48,791 nt of DNA, from positions 1 through 48,791 of IMG/VR virus record IMGVR_UViG_3300042528_000252; one strand, 5' to 3'. This document shows positions 1 through 9,900 of the stretch, piece after piece; within the stretch, counting starts at the first letter, position 1, and every line of letters begins with the position of its first letter. Source of the DNA: a virus (Duplodnaviria > Caudoviricetes). The notes beneath the pieces were generated by a model that worked only from the letters and a program-made list of their open reading frames with translations, had not been told where the DNA came from and ran no database searches. The position numbers were made by a program, and so were the translations under genes.

Positions 1-1
1 T

Positions 2-3000
2 GAATCATTCGGAGATTCTTTAACCATAAAAAATAATGGTAATGTTGGTATTGGTTCAACGAGTCCTGCTTTTAAGTTGGATGTTTTAGGTGATTTAAGA
101 GTTAGTGGGACAACGTCTACAGTTGGGTCATTCGTGAGTTCAGCTACTAGTTGTTTTATATCATTAATAGATTCATCTAATGATAATGTTTTCTTAGGAA
201 ACGATGACGGTGACTTTTTAATACAAACTCCAACTACTTCATATTCTACAAAATTAATAGTAAAAGATGATGGAAATGTAGGCATTGGTACAACCAGTCC
301 TGCAACTCAATTACACGTTTCAGGATCATTGCAAATTGGCAACGGTTCAAATTTTGGAAATAAGTTTACACTATATGATGATTTTTCAAGTGGTAAACTT
401 GCATATGTAATGAGAGATTTGAGTGGAGATGATATATTTGGTTTATATTGTAATTCTACCACAGGTGAAGTTAGATTACTAGCTGATGATGATAACGGTA
501 CGGCTTTCATGACATTCCAAATGAATTCAAGTGAAAGAATGCGTATAACCAATGGTGGTAATGTTGGTATAGGCACGACAAGTCCAAGTAGTGCAGCTAG
601 TTTCAATAAAGTTGTAGAAGCATATGATGCTACAAGTATAAGTTATCAAGTAAATTCAGGCGGAACATATAAAGCTGAATTTGGTGTATCATCCAATGGT
701 GGTTGGTTAGGCACAAGTACAACGCATGCTATGCGTTTTGTATCAAATGGTACTGAAAGGATGCGTATAACAAGCGGTGGTAATGTAATCATAGGTAATA
801 CTACAGCTTATGCTGGTTTAACTATATCCGATATTACAGCAAATGATGGAAACGACACTTTAGCGTTTTTCTATAGAGGTACATCAGGCAATCATGAATC
901 GTTAGTTAAGTTTTATGATTTTAGAGGACAATTAAACGCATCTTTAGGAAATAGTTTGCAAGATGATGGATCAGGCACTCAAAAGGCGGATTTAGTGTTT
1001 AAAACATCATTTAACGCTAATCCAACAGAAAGAATGCGTATAACCAATACTGGCAATGTTGGTATAGGATCATCAAGTCCTGCTTATAAATTGGATGTAG
1101 CTGGTTCTGTATATAGTTCTAATTATTTTTCAGTATTAACCGCAGCAACATATGGTCCAAGTGATAATAGTGCGGTAATGCAAGTGTTTGGATCAACTGG
1201 ATCGGGTGGATTAACAAATACTATAAAATTTGTTACAGGTGGTAGTGAAAGAGTTAGAATTGCTAGTGATGGTAATGTTGGTATAGGTACAAGTAGTCCA
1301 TCCGCAAAATTAGATGTGGTTGACTCAGGAGCGTTCTTTGTCTCAAGAGATACTAATGGATATCCAAGATTTAGTATTACAAATGGTTCAGCACAATTAG
1401 GTTTATTTAGAAATGGTACTAATGCCGGTGGATTTTATATTGGCGGTGATGACACTTACTTTAGTGTTTGGACCACTGCATTTTCTAGACTGGTTAATAT
1501 AAATACATCAGGCAATCTTGGTATTGGCACCACCACAATAAGTGAAAAACTATCTGTAGCAGGCAGTTTAATTTTAGCCGCATCCGATGCAACATCATTC
1601 GACGGTGGTAGAAAAATTAGATTTTATCGTGACGCTGATGGTTGGGAACCAGCACAAATTGAACAACTTTGGACAGGCGGAGCTTACCAAGGCGTTTTAG
1701 CATTCAAAACAACTACAGGTGCACTAGGATCATTAACCACAAAAATGGTTCTTAATAATAATGGTAACTTGGGTATAGGCACAACAAGTCCATCTACTAA
1801 ATTACATATACAAAGCGGTAGTATTTTAGTTAAAGGAGCAACAACTCCAGGTCTAAATTTAGAACCTTCTGGTGCAGTTGGTAATGCTGACATATCATTT
1901 GATGGTACCAATTTTACTTTAGTTTCTAATAGTAATAGCGCTAACTTAAAATTAAGTACAAGTTCTACAACAAGATTTACTATACTTTCTAATGGTAACA
2001 TTGGTATAAATGATAGTGCTCCTTCTTACAAATTGGATGTTAGTGGTAGCGTAAGAATATATGGTTCACCAAGTAATGGTGGATTAATTTTCCGTGGTAG
2101 TTCATCAACTCAAGGTAATATACGTCCGTCTGTAGGTAATGGTACAGTATTGATCAGTGATGATAGTGGTGGTGCTACCAGAGGTATGACTATCAATAAT
2201 AATGGTGGTATAACAGTTAGTACAGCTAATGCTTCACAAAACATCATTGAAGGTCAAGCAAATGGTAGTCAAGTAATGTGCTTAAACTATAATGGTAATA
2301 TTGGTCTTGGCACAAGTAGTCCTGCTGCTAAATTACATGTAGTTGGTGATGCTATATTAAATGGATTAAAATCAATACAATTAGATAGAACGGTAGCTGC
2401 AGCTTTAAATTCATATACAAATATTGGTGCATTTGATATAATAAACGGCGCACATTCATTTATAGTTAGCATCAACGCTAGTTTAGCAAGTTATTCTGTA
2501 GCAAAAACATATGTTATTGCAAATCAATATAATGCTACCGCCGGATCTTGGAAAATTGCATTACCTATAAGTGATTCTGGTCCATACTCTGAAGATTTTC
2601 AATTGTTGGTTAATTTTGATACAAGATATTGTTCATTAAGAATTAGAAAATCATATGGTAGTTCATATAGTGGTGCTTATAGTGTAACAATTCTTTATAC
2701 AGGCTATACATCCGCAACATTTACACCTGATACAAACACAGGCACAGATTCAAGTACGCTTGGTATATTAGATTCAAATGTATTAACTCAAGTAGATGGT
2801 GTTGTTGGTATCGGCACAACAAATCCTGGTAACTCTAAATTACATATTTATGCAGATCACGTTACTAATCATTCAATATTAAAGATACAAACCATAACAG
2901 CTATAGCAAGTGGTGGTGTACCAAGTTTAGCATTATTTGACGCGGATGGTTCCAGAAATACATTGGTATATGCTGCATCAGATGGAACATATTTGGCTAA

Positions 3001-4483
3001 TGAAGTAGCAAAACCAATTATTTTCAGCACAAATGGTGTTGAAAGAATGCGATTAGATTCAACTGGTGGTATCAATATTGGTACCTCAAGTCAATTAAAT
3101 AGTTCAAGAGTTAGCATTGCAGATTCAGCACTTAAAACATCTGCTGGCAATTGTTTAACATTTGCTACGGCAACTGGTGGTTCTAATGATTTTGAATTAA
3201 TTATTAGTAGAGGTTCAAATACAAGTGGATATTATGCTTTTCAAGCAGTTGAACAAGGAATTGGTTATAAAAATATAGTATTTAATCAAAGTGGTGGCAA
3301 CGTAGGTATAGGCACAACAAACCCTACTGAGGCATTATATGTTTTGAAAGCAAGTGGTGATTCATCAGCTACATTTAAAGCAGGAAGTGGTGGAGCTGAA
3401 CTAAATCTTGATGCTACTAATGGATATGCCGCAATAAAAATTTATTCGTCTGGTACAGAAAAGTGGAGAGTTGGCCAAATAAACGATTCAAATGGATTTC
3501 AAATATGGCAATCGGGTACAGGCCCTAGAATATATGTAAACTCATCTGGCAATGTTGGTATAGGCACAAGTAGTCCTTCTTCTATTTTACATTTAGCTGG
3601 ACTAAATACCGCACCTCCAAATATTTTTATTAATACTACCAACAGCAGTGCAAACGGAGGAATATTTTGGAGAAATAGTGCCGGCACAAATACATCAGCA
3701 ATTGCTTCAAATTATAACGTCGCAGACTCATCCGGCAATCTTGAATTTATAACTGGAGGTGCTTCTACACGAATGGTTATTGCTAGTGGCGGTAACATTG
3801 GTATTGGTACCACAAGTCCTGGTAGTAAACTAAACACTTATGCCAGTGGTAGCAATTTGAGTGTATTTAAAGCTGAAGGTGGAAACGGAACATTGTTTGA
3901 AGTAACAGATCAATTGAGTGGTAGTTTGTTTAGTGTCAATACTATATCAGGTTTACCAGCACTTGAAGTATTTAGTAACAATACTATCGTAGCAGGTCAA
4001 TATGGTTCAAACGTATTGGTAATTACTGGTAGTAGAGTTGGTATTGGTACCAGTGTTCCAACAAATGCTCTAACGGTATCTGGAAATGCAAACGTAACTG
4101 GTGCATTGACCAAGGGTAGTGGTACATTCTTGATTGATCATCCAGATCCAAACAAATCTGGTTGGAAACTACAACATAGTTTCGTTGAAAGTCCTACCGT
4201 TGGTGATAATATTTATAGATATGAAGTAACCATCAACAATAGTTTGAGTGGTAGTATTGAATTACCAAGTTATTGGAAACATTTGAATGAAAACCCACAA
4301 ATTTGGATTAGTCCAGTTAAACATTTTGGTGTTGCTTATGGTGAACTAAATACAGAACAAACTATTATGAACGTATATGCAAATAATAGTGGTAAATACA
4401 ACGTATTGTTGATTGGTACCAGAAAAGATCCAACAATCAAACGTTTGATGCCAGAGTTTAATGTAGAATTTGAATCTGAATAA
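2..4483 (+). CDS. Giant modular tail-fibre/adhesin protein 1 (5' end truncated by window edge)
   Basis: Frame is open from position 2 (ESFGDSLTIKNNGNVGIGSTSP...), so the TTG start at 77 is an artefact. About 16 GNVGIGTTSP-type modules; C-terminal 'KGSGTFLIDHP...LQHSFVESP' domain typical of phage fibre ends. Confidence 0.85.
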   Translation, partial: ESFGDSLTIKNNGNVGIGSTSPAFKLDVLGDLRVSGTTSTVGSFVSSATSCFISLIDSSNDNVFLGNDDGDFLIQTPTTSYSTKLIVKDDGNVGIGTTSPATQLHVSGSLQIGNGSNFGNKFTLYDDFSSGKLAYVMRDLSGDDIFGLYCNSTTGEVRLLADDDNGTAFMTFQMNSSERMRITNGGNVGIGTTSPSSAASFNKVVEAYDATSISYQVNSGGTYKAEFGVSSNGGWLGTSTTHAMRFVSNGTERMRITSGGNVIIGNTTAYAGLTISDITANDGNDTLAFFYRGTSGNHESLVKFYDFRGQLNASLGNSLQDDGSGTQKADLVFKTSFNANPTERMRITNTGNVGIGSSSPAYKLDVAGSVYSSNYFSVLTAATYGPSDNSAVMQVFGSTGSGGLTNTIKFVTGGSERVRIASDGNVGIGTSSPSAKLDVVDSGAFFVSRDTNGYPRFSITNGSAQLGLFRNGTNAGGFYIGGDDTYFSVWTTAFSRLVNINTSGNLGIGTTTISEKLSVAGSLILAASDATSFDGGRKIRFYRDADGWEPAQIEQLWTGGAYQGVLAFKTTTGALGSLTTKMVLNNNGNLGIGTTSPSTKLHIQSGSILVKGATTPGLNLEPSGAVGNADISFDGTNFTLVSNSNSANLKLSTSSTTRFTILSNGNIGINDSAPSYKLDVSGSVRIYGSPSNGGLIFRGSSSTQGNIRPSVGNGTVLISDDSGGATRGMTINNNGGITVSTANASQNIIEGQANGSQVMCLNYNGNIGLGTSSPAAKLHVVGDAILNGLKSIQLDRTVAAALNSYTNIGAFDIINGAHSFIVSINASLASYSVAKTYVIANQYNATAGSWKIALPISDSGPYSEDFQLLVNFDTRYCSLRIRKSYGSSYSGAYSVTILYTGYTSATFTPDTNTGTDSSTLGILDSNVLTQVDGVVGIGTTNPGNSKLHIYADHVTNHSILKIQTITAIASGGVPSLALFDADGSRNTLVYAASDGTYLANEVAKPIIFSTNGVERMRLDSTGGINIGTSSQLNSSRVSIADSALKTSAGNCLTFATATGGSNDFELIISRGSNTSGYYAFQAVEQGIGYKNIVFNQSGGNVGIGTTNPTEALYVLKASGDSSATFKAGSGGAELNLDATNGYAAIKIYSSGTEKWRVGQINDSNGFQIWQSGTGPRIYVNSSGNVGIGTSSPSSILHLAGLNTAPPNIFINTTNSSANGGIFWRNSAGTNTSAIASNYNVADSSGNLEFITGGASTRMVIASGGNIGIGTTSPGSKLNTYASGSNLSVFKAEGGNGTLFEVTDQLSGSLFSVNTISGLPALEVFSNNTIVAGQYGSNVLVITGSRVGIGTSVPTNALTVSGNANVTGALTKGSGTFLIDHPDPNKSGWKLQHSFVESPTVGDNIYRYEVTINNSLSGSIELPSYWKHLNENPQIWISPVKHFGVAYGELNTEQTIMNVYANNSGKYNVLLIGTRKDPTIKRLMPEFNVEFESE

Positions 4484-4486
4484 TTT

Positions 4487-5161
4487 ATGTATTACGGACC
4501 AAGAACAATAACAAATGGATTGGTATTAGCACTTGATGCTGCTGATAAAAATAGTTATAAAGGATCTGGTACTACTTGGAAAGATCTAACTAGTAATGCC
4601 AGCAATGGTACCCTAACCAATGGACCAACGTTTAATGCTAGAAACGGTGGCAATATTGTGTTTGATGGTGTGGATGATTACGTATCAATTCCAAGCAATA
4701 GTAATTTTAACAACGGAAACAATATAACTGTTGAAGCTTGGGTTTTATGTACAAATTGGTCGAGTTATACACATCCGATGATTGTTGCAAAAGGAATTAA
4801 TGTTGAGTGGATATTATGGAAAAGCAATGACGTTGGTTATATTGGTAAATTAGGGTGGAGAGCTGCAGGTCAGGCTTATAGTACTACATCTTTACCAAAT
4901 AATGCGTGGTGTCAATGTGTAGGTAGTGTGGGGTCGGCTGGTACTAAAGTTTATTTAAATGGTGTATTGGAATCAACTTCAGGAACTACCACATTTACTA
5001 CGGGGAATGTTAATGTGACTATAGCAGCTGGATTGGTTACTGGTTCACCTGCTAATCTACTTGGTGCAAACGTGGCTATTACCAAGATTTATAATAGACA
5101 ACTTACAGATGCTGAAGTGTTGCAGAACTATAATGCTGTTAAACCAAGGTTTGGATTATAA
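4487..5161 (+). CDS. LamG/concanavalin A-like lectin domain protein
   Basis: GLVLALDAADKNSY..W.DL, FDGVDDYV, ITVEAWV, YLNG, IYNRQL..EVLQNYNA..RFGL motifs. Confidence 0.85.
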   Translation: MYYGPRTITNGLVLALDAADKNSYKGSGTTWKDLTSNASNGTLTNGPTFNARNGGNIVFDGVDDYVSIPSNSNFNNGNNITVEAWVLCTNWSSYTHPMIVAKGINVEWILWKSNDVGYIGKLGWRAAGQAYSTTSLPNNAWCQCVGSVGSAGTKVYLNGVLESTSGTTTFTTGNVNVTIAAGLVTGSPANLLGANVAITKIYNRQLTDAEVLQNYNAVKPRFGL

Positions 5162-5172
5162 TTATAAAGTAT

Positions 5173-5892
5173 ATGGCATTATCCAGAGGTCCAAAAATAG
5201 TAACAAATGGTTTGGTAGTAACACTTGATGCTGCTGATAAAAACAGCTATAAAGGATCTGGTACTACATGGACGGATGTAAGTGGAAATGGAAACGCTGG
5301 TACATTAACTAACGGACCAACATTTAGTACAACTGGAAATGGAAGTATATCTTTTAATGGACTAAATAATTATATTGGAATATCCTCTCCATCTAATAGA
5401 TTTAATTGGACTCCTTCTGGTGTAGGTTTTAATAACATGACTCTTGACTTATGGATAAGAACTTCAGATACGAGTGGATATGTGTTATCAAAACCTTGGA
5501 ATGCAAACGGAGAATACAATTATTATTTATACTACAATGGTTTTTATATAAATACGGGCAATCAAGCCAACGCATTTAATTTTTCTAGCATTTCTACTGG
5601 AAATTGGATTAATATAACAATATTGGTGTCAACTACTCAATGGGGAGCTTATATAAATGGTGTTCAAAATGTTGCTCTCACCAATCATGGCATTACAAAT
5701 AATACACCAACATACGGAGATGGTGGAGAAAATTTAGCTTTAATGACATTGTACCCATATGGAATCTGGGCCGGCAGTACTGCATTTTCTATTAGTGGCA
5801 ATGTAGGTTGTTATAAAATGTACAATAGAATATTAACCGCCGTTGAAATATTAAGAAACTATAATGCTGTTAAAACAAGATTTGGATTATAA
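5173..5892 (+). CDS. LamG/concanavalin A-like lectin domain protein
   Basis: Same N- and C-terminal framework as 4487-5161; YING; divergent core. Confidence 0.85.
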   Translation: MALSRGPKIVTNGLVVTLDAADKNSYKGSGTTWTDVSGNGNAGTLTNGPTFSTTGNGSISFNGLNNYIGISSPSNRFNWTPSGVGFNNMTLDLWIRTSDTSGYVLSKPWNANGEYNYYLYYNGFYINTGNQANAFNFSSISTGNWINITILVSTTQWGAYINGVQNVALTNHGITNNTPTYGDGGENLALMTLYPYGIWAGSTAFSISGNVGCYKMYNRILTAVEILRNYNAVKTRFGL

Positions 5893-5895
5893 AAT

Positions 5896-6165
5896 ATGAG
5901 TGATATATACGAAAACAGAGAATATATAATCTTCAATGTAAGTGAATTACCATTGGTAAACTTCAATGAAGTATTAGAAACATCAATCGATACTGTACGT
6001 AAAAGTGTTGATCTAACCAAAACATTTGTAAAATGGAATGGTACAGCTCCATCTTTTGTTGAGAATTTAACAACCAAAGAAGGACCATATACTCATACTG
6101 AAATGTTAAGTATATTAAGCACACCTGAATGGACCGATCCAAACCCACTATTTCCACCACAATAA
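5896..6165 (+). CDS. Small phage protein embedded in the LamG array (89 aa)
   Basis: Clean ORF with 3-nt gaps to both neighbours; function unknown. Confidence 0.75.
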   Translation: MSDIYENREYIIFNVSELPLVNFNEVLETSIDTVRKSVDLTKTFVKWNGTAPSFVENLTTKEGPYTHTEMLSILSTPEWTDPNPLFPPQ

Positions 6166-6168
6166 CCT

Positions 6169-6879
6169 ATGGCAGGCAAAGCAGGACCAGATTTAGTACA
6201 AAATGGATTGGTATTAGCACTTGATGCAGCTGATAAAAACAGCTATAAAGGATCAGGTACTACGTGGACAGATTTAAGTGGTAATGGTTACAATAGTACA
6301 TTAACCAATGGCCCTACTTTTAGTAATACCAATTGCGGTGTTATTGTATTTGATGGTACAAATGATTATTCCATAACCACATTTGGTTCTGCTTCAAATT
6401 TAATCAATGATCCAACAACAAATGGAGGAATCATATCATTTAGTGTGTGGGTTAATGTTGTTTCTAATACAAGTGGTGGTTATATAATATCATCCGGTGG
6501 AGAAACTAGTTCAACTGGTTTTTGGATGGCAACTCAAAATGGATCACCAGAAGTAGGTATTAAAACCACTTCAAAAGTATGGTACAAGTCAATTTCAAGT
6601 GCAGACTTTCCATTAAGTACATGGATTAATTGGTGTGCGGTACTTGATAATACAAATATGTCTCTTTATAAAAATGGAGTTTTTTATTCTATTACAACAT
6701 CAGCTGCAACTTCTGTTAGTTCTCAGTTTTCAAGATTCACAGTATCAACTCCAGCTGCTGTTTTGGGAAGTTTTTGTGGTAATAATAAAATTGGATCTGT
6801 ACAAATATACAACAGAGTATTAACCTCAACCGAGATATTGCAGAACTATAATGCTGTTAAATCAAGATTTGGGTTGTAA
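6169..6879 (+). CDS. LamG/concanavalin A-like lectin domain protein
   Basis: Same framework; FDGTNDY, SFSVWV, LYKNG, IYNRVL..EILQNYNA..RFGL. Confidence 0.85.
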   Translation: MAGKAGPDLVQNGLVLALDAADKNSYKGSGTTWTDLSGNGYNSTLTNGPTFSNTNCGVIVFDGTNDYSITTFGSASNLINDPTTNGGIISFSVWVNVVSNTSGGYIISSGGETSSTGFWMATQNGSPEVGIKTTSKVWYKSISSADFPLSTWINWCAVLDNTNMSLYKNGVFYSITTSAATSVSSQFSRFTVSTPAAVLGSFCGNNKIGSVQIYNRVLTSTEILQNYNAVKSRFGL

Positions 6880-6920
6880 AGGTTAATTATATTTAATGGT
6901 AAAATCTGGGTAGGTGGTCA

Positions 6921-6929
6921 CTATTTATA
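6921..6929 (+). promoter_or_regulatory. Candidate phage late promoter CTATTTATA
   Basis: 6 nt upstream of ATG 6936; same 9-mer at 17243-17251 (+) and 38581-38589 (-) at similar spacing. Confidence 0.6.
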
Positions 6930-6935
6930 CTAAAC

Positions 6936-9900
6936 ATGAGAATAGATGCACCATATATTATCAGCCCACAAATGTTCGGCATTTCAGCCGTAACTGGGTC
7001 TTTCACCGTAAAAGATGATGATTTAAGAGTAATCAGCGGTAATATATACATCAACAACAATTTCAGACTTTATGGTACCAGCAGTTATGCAATAAGTGCA
7101 AGTTATGCTTTAAATGGAGGTGGCGGTGGTGGTAGTGGTACAAGCGGTACCAGCGGTTTAAATGGCACTAGTGGATTATCAGGCACAAGCGGCACATCAG
7201 GCGTTTCAGGCACAAGTGGTAGTTCAGGCACAAGTGGTACCGATGGTTTAAGTGGAACAAGCGGTTTAAGCGGTACTAGTGGTACTAGTGGTACTAGTGG
7301 TACATCAGGCAATTCAGGTAGTTCAGGCACAAGTGGTAGTTCAGGCACAAGTGGATCTAGCGGATCATCTGGTACAAGCGGCACCAATGGATCATCTGGA
7401 ACTAGTGGTACATCTGGTAGTAGTGGATTATTAGCATTAACTGGAAGTACTCCTAATGGTGTAGTAACTTACAATGGATATGGAAATAGTGCCACGGTAC
7501 AAAGCAACTTAAGATATAGTTCAAATACACTATATGTTGATGGCAACTTGAATGTGTCGGGTAATTCTACCTTTTTTAGTGCAAGTTATATCTACATAAC
7601 CAGCAGTCATGTAATAATTGGTGATAATATCATCACTCTTAACGCTTTTAGTCCATACAAGAGATTTGCTGGTATTGAAATGCATGATAGTGGTAGTAAT
7701 GCAATGGCCAGTATGCTTTGGGATAGTTATGGAAACTATTTCTTTGTAAGCGGTAGTACCTCAACAAATAGTCAAAACAAGTTTATTGTTGGACCTGATA
7801 ATAATAGTGATCTAACCACAAACTTTATACCAAAAGCAACTGCTGGTAATAAATTGGGTAATAGTAATATAAAAGATACTGGATATACTATACAAATTAG
7901 TACCCCAGTTTATATTACTGGTAGTTTAAAGGCTACAAGTTTCACTGGTAGTTTTAGTGGTAGCTTCAAAGGACGCATAACCGCTAGCGGAATATCAACA
8001 TACGGTGATATTATTCCACTAAATCCGAGCGCAAGTTTGGGTACAGAACAATTTCCATTCAAATCAATCAGTGTAAGTAGTGGTTCCATAACACTTGCAA
8101 ATGCAGATCCATTGGTATCAGCTGTAGTATTAAGCAACTTTGGTGGCAATTTGGAAGTAAGTAGTGGTGGTATACGATTAATACAACAAAATAGCTCATT
8201 TATTGCGCCTACAGGTTCATTCAGTTATCTTAGCGGTACATTCAAACAAGTTGGTAATAGTATAATAGTTGGTAATGAAACAATATCTGGTTTATTAAGT
8301 GGTAGTAGATTAAAAATAAATCAAATAACCAGCAGTATTTTAAATATAGATTCATTAACCACAAATAGCACTGGTTATTATCTAACGGTTGATAATACAA
8401 CCGGTAGAGTATACAAATCTACAGCTACAGCCGCAGGTACAAGTGGTACTTCAGGCACCAGTGGTGCAGCTGGAAGTTCAGGCACATCTGGTTCTGGTGG
8501 TACTTCTGGATCTAGTGGTACTTCTGGATCTAGTGGTACTTCTGGATCTAGTGGTTTAAGTGGAACCAGTGGTATAAATGGAACAAGTGGTTCAAGTGGA
8601 ACAAGTGGTTCAAGTGGAACAAGTGGTTCAAGTGGAACAAGTGGAACAAGTGGAACAAGTGGAACAAGTGGTGTAAATGGTACAAGTGGATCAAACGGCA
8701 CCAGTGGAACAAGTGGTTCAAGTGGTTCAAGTGGTACCAGTGGAATAAATGGTACAAGCGGTTCAAATGGTAGTTCTGGTTCAAGTGGTACCAGTGGAAC
8801 AAGTGGTATAAATGGAACAAGTGGAACAAGTGGAACAAGTGGAACAAGTGGAACAAGTGGTTCAAGTGGTACCAGTGGAATAAATGGTACAAGCGGTTCA
8901 AATGGTAGTTCTGGTTCAAGTGGTACCAGTGGAACAAGTGGAACAAGTGGTAGTAGTGGTGCATCTGGTACTAGTGGATCAAGTGGCACATCAGGTACCT
9001 CAGGCAGTGCGGGTACAAGCGGTTCTAGTGGTGCAAGTGGAAGCAGTGGTAGTGCTGGTAGCAGTGGTAGTGCTGGTAGCAGTGGTGCCAGTGTTGCGGT
9101 AAGTGGTACTACAAACACTTTGGTAAAGTTTACTAGTAGTACAACTATTGGTAATACTACTGCTCCTGTATTTGAAAGTAATAGCAACATTGGTATTGGA
9201 ACAACAAGTCCATTAGCTAGATTACACGTGGTTAGTGGAAGTATAGGTGGTACGGCATATCCGTTGTATATTGATAATAATTCTGGTGGTGCTGGTACGA
9301 ATATTGTGGGGCTTGGTTTTGCTAATGGTGGAACAATGAAGCATAGTATTACCGCAGCAATTTATGGTAATGATTATATGGCATTCAATGTGGGTCAAGG
9401 TGCTTCATATAACCAAGAAAGAGTGCGTATCAATAGCGTTGGTAACGTTGGTATAGGTACATCAGCAGTATCAGAAATATTGGATGTATATAGAGCCAAC
9501 ACAGGCGGTTGGAATCCAAGAATTGTTGCTAGGGATGGTACAAATGCAGCATTCATTGGATCTTATAGTGGTCAACCAGGCGTATTTGCTCATAATAACG
9601 CATTAAGTGCTTGGGCAGACTTATATCTAAATACAACAAGTCCAACACTCCCCGGTGCTAGTGGAAAAGTATTTATTGGTGGTAATGTTGGTATAGGCAC
9701 AACTAATCCATTAGCTAGATTACATGTAAGTGGATCATCTACATCATTGAGTGCGATATTTAATGGTAATGTTGGTATTGGCACAACAAATGCTGTTTAT
9801 AGACTTCAATTAGGCACTTTAGCGAGTTTTTCAACTGCTACTCCAGAAACATTAAATTTAGGTGGTACATATAGTAACACTGCTGGAGCAAATATTAAGT

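Noticed and set aside
8436-9092. Possible CRISPR array or non-coding tandem repeat
   Set aside because: Units are contiguous in-frame codon triplets with no unique spacers.
7103-9190. Antisense ORFs rich in PLVPLV and HLFHLF (7103-7387, 8378-9190, 8548-8964) and alternate-frame ORF 8884-9102
   Set aside because: Shadows of the 9-bp GTS repeat, which lacks stops in other frames; no independent start signals.
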